Positions 1-12,700 of a stretch of 64,000 nucleotides of DNA are shown in pieces (positions within the stretch are counted from its first letter, which is position 1; each line of letters begins with the position of its first letter). The notes beneath the pieces were generated by a model. That model worked only from the letters and a program-made list of their open reading frames with translations, was not told the DNA's origin and searched no databases. Origin of the DNA: Podarcis liolepis (taxonomy: Eukaryota); assembly GCA_965112155.1 (NCBI GenBank), contig OZ218099.1; one strand, given 5' to 3'. The position numbers were made by a program, and so were the translations under genes.

Positions 1-2779
1 AAAGTAGTTTAGCCTAACCTGACTACAGTACAGAGAAAAATGGCAGCATTTTCAGGCAGCAGTTACATTATAGCTTTATTATGTAAAATATGGAAATACA
101 ATGAGACTAAAGTGACTAGGAAGATGGAGTCTGATGTTAGTGAAGAAAGCAACTCTAGAATGTTTTGCTTCTCCTCATGAAAAATACTAGGAATTTATTC
201 TCTTCTTCAGCTCAGTTTTCAGTAATATGTTGAACAGTTGGGTTTTCTGTAGGCAAAATGGAGATCTAGTTTGAAACCAATGCTAGCCTGCAATGAGAAA
301 ATTATAGCTCATCCTTTACAGATCATTATTTATCTTAATGCAAATGCCTTTTGCTTTAAAATATTATGAGTAGTACTCCACTGAACTTTATGCTCTCTCT
401 AATTTATCTGTATCCATAAAATACAGACATCTCTATATTTTCAAGGCCTTACTAAGCCAAGCAACACCACAAAGAACAAAATAATTTTTTATTATTATTT
501 AAGCAAGTAGCATTGGTTGATTAGATTTCTGGCAGGCTTTTATGTAATTTGGAAGTCTGGGGAAATCTCCCATTTGGATTAACCAATTCATTATAAATCT
601 CGGGATAAAGTGTTCATTGGATTCCTAATACATGCCCAGAGTGTATAAACCCTAGAAACATGGGGAACAATGTTCCTCTTCTTAAGAAGTGGTGTCTTGT
701 GGGGTATTTTTGTTTGTTTGTAGATAGCGAAGGTTTTCAAATATAGACGTTGAGAAAGTTCAACATTAAGACACTTCTTTTTGGAAGCTAATTGTTCATA
801 GGCTCAAATTCATTTTGTAACCTTAGCAAAGAAAAAGAATGAATTTGTGATTTTAACCATTCTTTCCCTCCTCTTTGTGTGGCAAAAACACAGACCAGCA
901 TTGTGTCACTCTGTCTCTATCTCTGCATTTTTTTGCCAACCACTGGAAGGTCATGTACAATGAAACTTAACTGCCATGCTTTCTTACTCCCCAATCCCCG
1001 GTGACCTAAACCCTTCATGGATATATTTTGAGGCATGTATTTCAGATATCCCCTAAATCTGTATACATAGATGGCTGGGTCTCTAACTCGTGCAAAGTCT
1101 GTAGATTCCAAAGAGGCATGGACCTTATTTTGAGTGGCATGTGGGCTAAAAGCATCTTGGTCATTTTTTATTTTATCATCTGGACTTCCTATTCTTAATG
1201 CTGACCCTAAACTGTAGCATTCTGGTTTTAGATAATTTCATCTAACCGAAGCCAATTAATCATTTTTACCTCTTTTTTCAGGGTGTCAATTCTTACAATG
1301 AGATAATATATTTTCTAGAACTCTTGAGTTGTTACTATTGATAAAATCCCTTTCTTTGGCAACAGGAAGTGAATCAACAATTTTCATAGCTTGGTAAAAA
1401 TGTTGTAAGAGTGCTGAAGACCCAAGAAAACTACAGAATACAAGGTTGGATCAGAGCTGTTAAAACATATATGGTCTATGAGCCCAGCCTGGCCCACAAA
1501 GTATATTCTGTCCATTCTACAGCTGCTAAAAGCATATGCCATTACAGAAGAAGGAAAGAGGACCCCTTCCTAACAGTTTTATTAAAATCAGTTGTCACTT
1601 TTTTATGCACCTAGTGCTGGTGAAGAAAATGCATTATTTGCCTGCTGAAAGGCAGTTCCTTTTTTTCTGTCCCTAGGCATTTGCTTAGTGATGAGTTCAA
1701 CTCCCAACTCACATTACTGGAGATGAAAAATATATGAATACAGTTACAGAGAAATGAAAATTTAAATATAGGAATAGAAAATTTAGATAAATGTGAAATA
1801 GGGCTTACACCCAGATAAGTGGGATTATGATTGCAACAAAAGAGAGGCGATATTTGCATTGCATTTCACTTTCAGAAAAATGGTCTTCTGATTGAAATAT
1901 TTCTCTCCCTTGTCTTATGGCTCAAAAGCAGCTTTGCTCATCCTGAACTGATGGAGAGGATGTTGGATTTTAAGCACACTTTAGTGCATATTTATTCTTT
2001 TTGACATGGTTCATCTTTCTTAATCTTCAGAACAGAAGGGAAGATCTGTTTATTAGAATAGGTGCAACTGAAGCAAGGAATAAAAAACCAGGATGGAATT
2101 TACTGTCTTCTATTAAACTGTCAGCTTTCTTTGTATCTATGATCTGGGCCCCTCCATTACAAATGGGTTTGGACCTGAAAAAAACCTAACTGCAATGCAA
2201 GGAAGTGTCCAAAGTGCCAAATCTGATTGGGATTTAAGGGAAGACAGTCTTCTTTAGGCAGTTGATCTTTATAAGTGGATCTGAAGGAAACCCTGTTTTC
2301 TCGGCCTTGAGATAAAAGGGGGCTTTTCATAAATTACAACTTATTTTAAAAATTACAACAGATACATAAATATGTTGTATTTCGATTAATCTGTTATCTT
2401 GCTTTGCTACCTATACAGGAGCAATTGCTGTTTAACTAGTATATAGATTGAGGTTGCAACTGTGAAAGCTATATCCTCCACCACTTCAGTGCATTTGAGT
2501 CATTTTGTAGTTTGGGGCTAGAAAACTGTGGCCATTCAATTAAGTGGTTTTCCAAATGAAGAAACAGGAAAAAAATGTTTTAAAAACTGTTCCTTAAAGA
2601 TTCAGAGTGTTTTTATACACCTCACGTTGCTTGTCTGCTGTGAAGCTCTTTATCTCTCTTTCAGCAGTATTATTCTGAAGGCGTTCTGGCCACAGAGTGC
2701 ATCTTCTTCTCTCGGTTTTTTGTTTTCCCCACCTGCCCGCTCGCAAACTGGCCCCCTTTCCTTTTCTGCCTCCTCCGTC

Positions 2780-3720
2780 CTAGCTGTGGCCAGGAGAGTT
2801 AGGTGCTCTACTGCTCTCGTCTGCTGGAGCCTTAAGCGCGCGGCTTCCATCCTTGCTGGCTTTCCCTTAATCTGCCGTTCGATGGTGGAGTAGTTTTGCC
2901 TGGACCCGTACCCTGATCGCTTCGTGCTTTTCGCTGCATCTCTCTGAGCCTGTGGATTCCTCCTGGTTCGGCTGGGCCGGCTTCCCTTGGGTGGACTCGG
3001 CGCTCGACTACTCCACCTGATCGCACTCAGTTGGAGTCTCGGCGCTCCGCCGCCCCGCCTGGCTGCCGCCCCGCATGTGCCGGACCCAAGATGGCGGCCT
3101 CCACCCCCTCGCAGCCCAAAGCGACAAAAGCGGTGGCGGCGCCGCGGCCCCGAGAGGATGAAGCGAGCGCGGGTCCTCCGCCCGAGGCCGGTAAGTCCCC
3201 GGAAGGCGAGGAGGAAGACCTGTCCGTTAGGCAGGAGGGCCGATCGGGAGGTGTCATGCTGGAGACCTGCTTTTCCTTCCTCGCCCCCCCCCTCGCCCGC
3301 CGCCTCCGGGGCAGCCCGGTCTGCGCCATCAGGGATCGCGGCGCCTGTCCCTTTCTGGGGGTGGCGTGAGGTCGGGTTGGGTGGCTGGCAGGAGGCAGCG
3401 CCTTGCTTCTCCGAGCCGAGTCCGTGTTACCTTTCCTGTCAAGGCCTGGTAGCCCGCGGCTCTCCTCCTCCTTCCCCGCCAACGGGGCGCCCGGGTATTT
3501 CGGCCGTGCCTTCCCCGCTGGTCAGCATCCTTTCGGCCGCCTCCCGTTTAGCCTCTGCAGCACCCGGAGCCACTGGCCAGCGCCTGTCACGTCTGGTCCG
3601 CGCCCTCCGGCAGCAGCTGGTAATCGAAAGTGAGACATTTTTTAAAAAAAATAAATAAAGCATCTTTTGTCCGCTGCGAGAACGGGAATAATCCACATCG
3701 AGGCAAACCGGCTCTCGTTT
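2780..3720 (+). promoter_or_regulatory. CpG island / internal promoter of the WIZ short isoform
   Basis: Abrupt GC- and CpG-rich block in AT-rich DNA. Contains CAAGATGGCGGC (YY1-type motif overlapping the ATG at 3091) and a strong donor G|GTAAGT at 3190/3191. Confidence 0.85.
3091..3190 (+). CDS. WIZ: WIZ alternative first coding exon (MAASTPSQPKATK...)
   Basis: aagATGG Kozak context in the CpG island; donor gtaagt at 3191; phase 1 joins the next exon in frame. Confidence 0.75.
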
Positions 3721-6700
3721 CTTTTGACTTTCTAACCTCCCTTGTGGATATATATTATTAAAGTGAATTTTGAAAATCCTGAAAAGAATGTTACTGACTC
3801 TCGTCTAAAGCCCAAAGTAAGACCAAGAATGGGTTGTATTGCAGTATGAGAAATATGCATACCTAAAACATAGGTTGGAAATTATTTATTTTTTAATGCA
3901 ATAAGTTATCTCGTGTCTGTTTTGGCTATCCAGCACTCTGAAGGTCAGAATGGCTGGCTTCTGTCTTTTAATCTTGCCAGTCTAGTAATATAAACAATAG
4001 AAAACAGTAATTCTGCTTTAACCTGCGTTTCTGATTGCCTACTTTGTTGTATACTTAAACTATTTTGAAGAATCAAAAAAAAAATTGTAGCTGATATTAT
4101 CTCTGAATTATAGTGAATTTGTCCAGAAAACAACAGTTGGGATCAGTCTTACTTAGGCGAAGATTCCCTATTCTGCTTATCTTCCCCATCCCTATTTTTT
4201 TTGCAGTTTGAGCCTATGTGTGTCTATTCAGAAGTAAGTTATTTATTTATATTTACATATAGTATTACAATTATATTCTGCCATTTTTCCAAGGAGCTCA
4301 GGATGGCATACATGGTTCTTTCTCTCTCCACTTTATAAGGCTAGTTTAGGTAGGCCAGGCTGAAAGAGTGTGACTGGCCCAAAATCACTGGGTAAGCTTC
4401 GTTGCTGTGTGGAAATTTGAATCAGAGCCTCCACAGTTTTATTTGGACACCACAATCCCATGCTGATTCTCTGTAAAAATAGCTCTTCCCAGGGTAAGGG
4501 TGTTAGGATTGAACCTTCAGAAATTCTCATTGTCTGTTTTGGGCTAAATGACTTTTTGTAATGCTACTGTAGTTCTTTTCACAGTACTGTATCTGTTGTT
4601 GGATCAGAAGAGATTAGTTTACACTTGACTCCTTGTCGGAAACAGTTTTATATAATGTTATGTCACTGTCTTGCTCTGGCAAAAAATGTTTCCCTGTATT
4701 GAAAATATTTATACCCATTTTCTTTTGTTTGTAAATACTGGTTTCTTCATCAATACAATTTCCCCCTGCATCTGTTCTGGGTTCTTGTGTGTATAACTAC
4801 TGTAAATGCCACTCAGTGTGGTGCTTTGTCCTGCAACTGAAAAACCCTGCAACTAGAAAATAACTAATTGGTGGTTTAGCTGATGTGTGACTATTGTTAT
4901 TGTATTAATCTAAGGAATTTGCTTAGCTCATCCAACAGACAGCGAGTAACCAATGTTTTCTGTCTTCTTATCTAGCAAGACAGACTTGTTTATTATAATC
5001 ATGCCTTAAAATGATAAAACCATTAAAGGCCATTAGTGTTAGTTCATTTTTAGTGAATTAGTCAAATTGTAATCCTAGACACACTTAATCTGGAAAAAAG
5101 TCTCATTGAACTCTGCAAGACTTAATCATTTGCAGGAATTAATCGTTTTTTGCTTTTCTTAACTGGCACTATGAGGCAAATGTAGCTTGTATGGTGCTTA
5201 ATCTCTTTGCATTATTAATTTTCCAGCTCAAATCCCATATTCTCTTTTATATTTTGGTAGTTATGGCTTCTGAGGAAGAAGAAGAGATGGTCACTGCAGA
5301 GATGGGGTCACCAGCCCTCCAGAAGAAAAGTTCTCTGGCTGGGTCATTAGACCATATTCCTAACAGAATAGGAAGCTCACTGTCTCCTGAACCTTCTAGC
5401 AATAAGGCAGATTCCCAGGATTCCAAAAGTGAGTCTGTCTTCTGTTGAGGTTGCTGCTGAGCCTTGTCCATGGTGTATGTGATGGTGACAGTCCCATTAG
5501 GTGGCTTTAATGCAGATCTGAACCCTTTGATTATCACTTGTTTTACAGAGTGGTGTCACTGCTTATAATTTACACTGTCTCTTGGTGAAATAATTTGAAA
5601 GGTTTCATGACTAACAAAAGTATTGTTCACATGAAAAAAATAGCAAAAAGAATTCAGTGTGTTTCAAAAGTTTGCAATGTTTGTGTTAAATACTGAGAGT
5701 TTAATAAAATGTTTCTTTTTCAATATGTGGTGAATACAGTATACAGTATTTTCCCTTTTTTCTTTTTTTTTGGTTTATGTGAGAGTACATTGTGAGCAAT
5801 GAGCTTACCAAATAGCTAATTAATGAACTTATTCAGATATGATCTACCAACATTATGTACCATTATTGATTTGGGGGTTGGGGTATTTATCCCATTGCCT
5901 GTTACAGTGTACAGCCAAATAGCCATTTTGTGGTTTTTCTTCATTTTAAAGGAAATGTAGAATATATGCTGTGAGGGATCCTAACTTTCTGAGTTAATAT
6001 TGTAATGCTTTTGAAACCAAGAGGAGATAAATATTTCTGATTTCAGCTTTAAAATGATCACAAGTAGCCACTTGGTATAAATATTATTTAAAGCATTTTT
6101 ACCCTACTCTGTGGCTGAAAAGGCTCACAGCTTACAGTCTAAAAGACACAATACCAAAGGAAAAATGAATGAGGAAGGAAGAGAAAAATGAGGAAATTCA
6201 GGCATCAATTCTTAAGGTTACATTGTAGCTCTTATAATGACCAGCTGAGATGGAAACAATTCAGGGAGAAGAGGGGTCTGATAAAGCTGGTCTCTCAGCA
6301 GACAATCAAATGGCCCTCCTATATTTACCTCTGCTACAGTCTGATGGAATAGACTTCATTGTTTTTGACTGTATTTGGATAGGAGAATCAGACCGTGATA
6401 CTTGAAATGTTACTGAAAATAAGAATTATAATGTTTTGTGAACAAGGAGACTAAAGGGGGTATTTATAGTGTGGCTTTCACCGACTTAGCATAAGGTGCA
6501 TGTCATCAATTTTGTGTGAGGACACAGGTCAAAGTGATGGTTGCAGGGCGGACTAGTAGTTGTGATGCTGATTTTTGCAGAAGGAATTTGACCATCGAGC
6601 ACCATTTTTTACTAAAGCTTAGTGAAGTCATCTGTTGCAAAATAAAGAGCCAGTCTATTTAGCGAGTCCAATGCTAAACTGATGATACCTGGCTTGTTTA

Positions 6701-9700
6701 TGGAGCAGGGTCCAAATCAAGATAACGTGGTGTGCGCTTGTGCTCTACTGACTGGTAGCAAAGGCAGTGTGGGGTTAAGCTTAACCTTGTCTCAATAAGT
6801 CACTCTCCTCTTTCCAGCACCAAACCTCACAACATGTGAGGTCTGTGGCGTCTGCTTCGAGACCCGCAAGGGCCTGTCCAGCCATGCCCGTTCTCACTTA
6901 CGTCAGCTCGGTGTGGCTGAGTCTGAGAGCAGTGGAGCCCCCATCGACTTACTCTATGAACTGATGAAGCAGAAGGGCAAAGTGGACAGTGGCCCCATCT
7001 CTCCAAGTCTTAGCAAAAAATCTGCTTCTCCCAAAGAAGGGACTGCAGGGTCCTCACAGCCGACACTGCTGCCTCCCAACAAAGCTACGGAACGGCCGCA
7101 AGAGGCACCTATAAACAAAGCAATCAAATGCCCTCCAGGTTTCACCCCCAAGAATGTTGCCCAGCCAGGATCTCCCATACTCAAGAAAGTGACACCTGCT
7201 CTGCCTGGTTCTCCTCTGCCAAAGACCCCCGAAGACAAAAGCCCCAAGCTACCGCTGAGCCCTCTGCAGAGTTCTCCTAAAGCACAGTGGTCACAACCGG
7301 AGGAAGAAGGCCCCTTAAATCTAAGTGAGTCTGTTTGATTCTGATCCTTCTTGTGAACAGGAGAGCTGGCTTGCAGTTTGCTGCTGCAGGGAGCTCTTGT
7401 GTTTCACATTACCTTGTAGCGTGAACCAGTGTAGGGCTGCCCACCCCAAGGCACATTTTACACCTATTGGCTCTGCACGGGCTGCTTGCTTCATTCGCAC
7501 ATACGGCATCTTGCATACACCACAATAAAGGAAGGGCATAGAGGACTTATTGCATAAGTTTGATCTCCTGCAAAAGTGTCCCTTCCTATTTCTAGAACAA
7601 CTGATGAACTTTCACTGTGATCCTTTAGTGTTGTCCCGAAGGGTTTCTTCCCTTCTCTGAGCTGGGTGAGCAGGAGTTTTTAAAAATTATTATTCCTAGG
7701 CACCTTTTTAGTAAATCTCTTTTCCCAAAGCGGAAGTTTCCTCAACTGGCTCTTCCCCGAAACCCATCTCTAAGAGGGTCAGTCATATTTATTTTATTCA
7801 TTGGATGGGCCACAAAGCCTTCCCATGTGTCTTTTTGATTTGTGCCTGGAGATTTTTAAACTCACTAGTGAAAGTAGGGATGTTTATCTCTTGAAGGGAG
7901 AACAACTATAGACACTATATGTTTCTTTCCAAAGCTCTGAGTGAAACTCTTTTCAGAAGAAAAGACTGAGAGACCCTCTGAGATCTTCTGCATAGCTGTT
8001 CATTTAAAACCAAAATTCTTAGCAATCTTTCAGAATAAAGAGTGAGGAATTTAGTGCTCTCAGGACCTAATTAAAAGCAATTTCTGCTGCATCTGAGCCA
8101 TTGCTTCCCCTGTTGTACATTATCTGTTTGCCCTTCTTCTCAGGGCCTATAGTAAGGCTTGTGGACTTGCAGCTGATGTTGGAGACTAACATAATCTGTG
8201 CTTCTTTGGGGCTATAATATTCAACAGTGTTTTCTATTAAAGCTGGCAGAAATGGCACAAGCCACCCAGTATCCCTGCTTCAGTCTTGTACAGTGTTCTC
8301 TTGCATTGGAAGGAAATAATAGAAAATCAGCACTACTTCTGCCATTTCAGTCCTTTTTAAAAGCCGTTTTGCAGCTGTTGCTGGTGAAGGAGTAGTGAGT
8401 TCTCACTTGGTGTGATGAGGCAGAGGTAAGGAGAATCGTAAAGAGAGGGGAATTTTCTGGTGCGCTTGGCTCAAGGTACCAAGGCCAGTCCTATCTGGGG
8501 GTGGGGAAAGCTAACAGTGCACAAGGTGTGGTATCGTCTATTGATCCAGCAGCAACAAAGTCTTCAGCATTAGTTGTAAGGAAGTGTTGGATGACATCCT
8601 GACCTGTCCACCCCACAACTGAGTTCCTGCTTCTTTCATGAGGGAACCTTCAATTTAAAAGCCCCTTTTCCAAGTCCTGTTTGCCTTCTTCTCTAACTGC
8701 ATTGTCATGGGCCGCAGATTCTTAACATAATATTGTGGTGTCAGTTGAGCACTGGAGTCCTTAGATATGTTGTGATTCTTCCTCAAGCATACAATTGAAA
8801 AACAGTTGCTGAGAAACTTAACACCATTTATACAGCTGCTTCCCATTCCCATTTTGAGGTGTAATCCATTCCTAAACATAACTCTTTGCCCCAGGCATTG
8901 ATATTTTACCTGCACTTCATATTTTTGAAATTGCTGCGAGAACCTTTGCTTTTATTGTTCTTTGCTTTTATTGTTTTTTGCTTTTAGGCTCTGCCTTGGC
9001 TGATAAGATTTTGAACTGTTTCATCCGGTCAGTTGTATATGAAAGTGGAGGTTTATAACCAACAAACTTTGCAATTTTCTAGATAGCTTACATGACTTCT
9101 TTGAGCATTCCTGGGAATTTGAATTTGCTTGTGACGGAAATTGGCATAAATCTGCATGAACTAAAATACATTCTTAAAGTGGCAGTTCTGCCCTCATTGA
9201 GTAATAACAGCTGTCAATTCTGGGTTCAACCCATTTCTTCCTAATGGCTTATACCACATGCTGCTGGACTTTGTAAGAGTCATAGCACTGAAAACATCAC
9301 TGCTGTCCATCTTTATTTTGAAATCAAACCCAAAGCTTAATAGCGGATCAAAGAAGCCTCATGGACCTTACAGGCATGAGAAACAATTACAGTTTGGAAA
9401 GTGTTGTATTTAACATTGTGCCATTGTTGGGGATGACCATTTACATTAAGATTCTTCAGTCTGAAGGATTGAAATGGTAGGCAAAAATGCAAATGCTTTG
9501 GACCTCTTAAATTGACGGTTTAATTTTTTAAGTCACTCTTTCTGTTTGCCACATTGCTTTTCCAGCATGAACCCAGCTGGCAGCCTGAAGTGTTGCTCAG
9601 TCTGGGACTAGGGCTGTCTGACACTCTGCAGTTTTTGACATTGCTGTTTTCAAAAGTTACTGGTGTCTGAAATGCCTGATGGTTTAAGCTGAGATGGAAA

Positions 9701-12700
9701 AGGCTTCAGCATCATGTTTTCAGGAAAGAGAGTGTTTGAAAACTTGACCTGGGCCACTAAAAGGAAATCTGGTTAAATGCAAGTCTTTTGAGAGAATTTC
9801 TGCTTAACTGTTAAGCCAGCATCAGTGGGTACAGGTGAATAACTTGGCTTTCCTTTAGGGCTGCTTGCTAAATCCTACTAGGAAACCACTTTACCATTTC
9901 TGGAGTGAGAAATGGGGCCTTTAGAACAAAAAAAGGAGCAAGATCCTTTTCAGGTTGTAACGGGTACTTGAGACACATCAGTTGTGTGATCGTATCTATT
10001 GTGATCAATGTGTTCTTTTTTCCGCAGCTGTAGATAGTGACTCGGGCAGAGAAATTGACTGCCAGTTATGTGGTGCCTGGTTTGAAACCAGAAAAGGGCT
10101 GTCAAGTCACGCTAGAGCCCACCTGAGACACCTGGGAGTGAGCGATCCAGATGCTAAAGGATCTCCTATTGATGTTTTAAATGATCTCATCAAAAGCGAA
10201 GACTTCAAAGGCCGCCCTCCCTCTCTCCTCCATAGCGAGAGAGAAACATTAGGGGAGACTGGGAGCTCTGATGGACCCAGCCCAAAGAGCACAGCTACAG
10301 CAGCGCCTGCCACAGGCATGAAACAAGCACACGCACCAAGGCCTTTGGGCAAACAGCCATCTGTACTCTCACCTCACTCCCCTCCACCATCCAAGAAGTT
10401 GAAGCCACATGGCCACAGGCTGTCAGCTGCGGCCAGCCTGCAAAGGAAACAGGGTCTTTCTTCCAGTGCGTACTGGGCAGCAGATGCTGAGATGGCTCCA
10501 CTCAATCTCTGTAGGTTCTATCAGCACTGGCTCCTGTCCCCTCCTCTTCCTCTCCCCCTTCCTAGTCTTGTTTATGTGACATGGAGCTGTACGCTTAGAA
10601 ATCCAGGCCCCTTGCCATTTCCTGCCACCATGTCCAATAAGCAGCAAAGGGTTGGGGAAGCAAGCATTTTGGCCCACATGCTTTTCTTGCAAAGCTTTTT
10701 TCTGAAATGTATAATGCAGCTTTCCCAGCTGGCCTGTGCGTGTGCTGAAGTTAACTCTTCCCTGTCCGGGTATTTTCTTCACGGTTAGATCTTGCTCCAA
10801 ATGGATGGCATCTCCCTGTCCCAGATAGGAGAAAGCTATATGGTTGCTCTTCAGTTAAGAGTATCACAAGACAAGTGTGGATTCAATCTGATCTGCTGCA
10901 GATGGAAGGGGAATTAATTAAGCAGTTTGAAGGGAAGAGTGTGCAATCTTACATAGCCTGAGCCCTTTGGTGGCCATTGGTTTGAAATTGACTGCTGCAT
11001 TTTTTACAGCACTCATTGGCTTTGTTTAGCGTCAGCAAAATGCTCAGTACTGATGTATTTCTCCATGGCATTTAATGTCTTAGCAGTTACAGAGCAAGGA
11101 AGAAGATTGCTTCTGCCAATTACAATTTTACCAGGGCTTTAAAGTGGCACTGCGACCCATTTCAGAGATGGAGGTGACAACTGCCTCAAGGTGGTGGGAT
11201 TCCAGCTATTTCCCTCCCTCAGTGCAGGGAGAGTAGATGAGACCAGTCAAAGTGTGATCTGCATACTGCTGGCTTTAAGGCTGTTAAATAGCCATGGGCA
11301 CCCCATATTGAATGGTGTGTTTCACCCCTTTGCACTATCTGTCCTGCATTACCTAAAGGAGGCTGCATGGCTCAAGCTTACGGTGGCAAATACAGAGCAC
11401 TTGGTGGTTCTTCCCCTGACACACATTGGGAAATGAGTCTTCTCTGAACTTCCTGACAGGGAGAATTAAGGCATTGAATTCTGGGACGGGAAAAGGTATT
11501 CAGCATTTCTCATTCTGGGATTTCCTATTCAGCTGTACAGCAAATGTACTTTCATCCCGACGGGTGGCCTTCGTTTTGAAGGAGACAGTGGGATCATGGA
11601 GAAGAAACTGGCCTTCATGCCTGATTCCTTGCACGCACATGATCATCTTCCTTTGAAAGCTTGATCAGGGTGCGAAGGAAAGCACACAGCTTCTGGTATA
11701 CCTCCTCGCTAATCTCATGACATAGGACCAGCCATTCTCAGCATTTTTTATAATTTGGCAGCACCTGCTCTTCACTGTCTCCTGTCATGTATCCAGTGTT
11801 CCCCTGCTCTGACCACATCCTACCCCAGCTTTCATGCTTCACAGGAATTGTTGGTGGTTTATTTTTTTTCCCCTTTGGCCAATCTTGTTAAGGTATCAGC
11901 TTTGTCTTGTGTGAATTCCTTGTGCTATGTGCCTGCTTCATACTGCCTTGTAAGGGAATAACCTAGTTGGTGTCCACGTCACATCCTGCTCCCTGCCCAG
12001 TCCCTTTTTCAGCCTCTGTAATGGCCTGTCTCTCCTCTCCTCTTTCTCCTCAGCCTCTGGAGCAGAACCTGTGCGGGATATCAGGTGTGAGTTCTGCGGT
12101 GAATATTTTGAGAACCGGAAAGGGCTCTCCAGCCATGCCAGGTCGCACCTCCGCCAGATGGGGGTAACTGAGTGGTATGTGAATGGCTCTCCCATCGACA
12201 CCCTCCGAGAAATCCTAAAAAGGCGAGCTCAGCCTCGGACCAGTACCTCCAACTCCCCAGCACAGGGTCAGAAATCACTTGCTCTGTCTGTTCTTGGAAG
12301 CTCCCTGGAGTCACGCGGTCCAGGGGAGAGCCATGTGCCTCCCATGCCTAAGAAGGCACAGCAGCCAGGGAGCCCTTTGGGGCACTCTCCTACCTCTTCT
12401 CCCCCAACTGCTAGAAAAATCTTCCCTGGGCTTTCTTCTCCCTCTTTGCACAAGAAACTGAAACAAGATCAGCTGCGTATGGAAATCAAGCGGGAAATGA
12501 TGTCTGGGGGACTTCATAATGATTCACATCTATCTGATAGAGCTTGGTCACCACGAGAGGAGATGTCCCCACTCAATCTCTGTAAGTGTTAGCAACAGGG
12601 GCTGTATGCATAAGCCTTTGGTGATGGGCAAAAATGCGTGTTGGAATGGGTGTGAAAGTGAAGAATTGGGAATTAGGGCTACATGATTTTTTCCCTCAGT

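Noticed and set aside
2785-3190. Acceptor-like cctcctccgtcctag as the start of an extended internal coding exon
   Set aside because: In-frame TGA at 2914 closes the WIZ frame upstream of the ATG.
2987-3696. Overlapping long ORFs on both strands (223, 151, 112 aa)
   Set aside because: Expected in a GC-rich CpG island; Pro/Arg/Ala-rich. Only 3091-3190 has splice and frame support.
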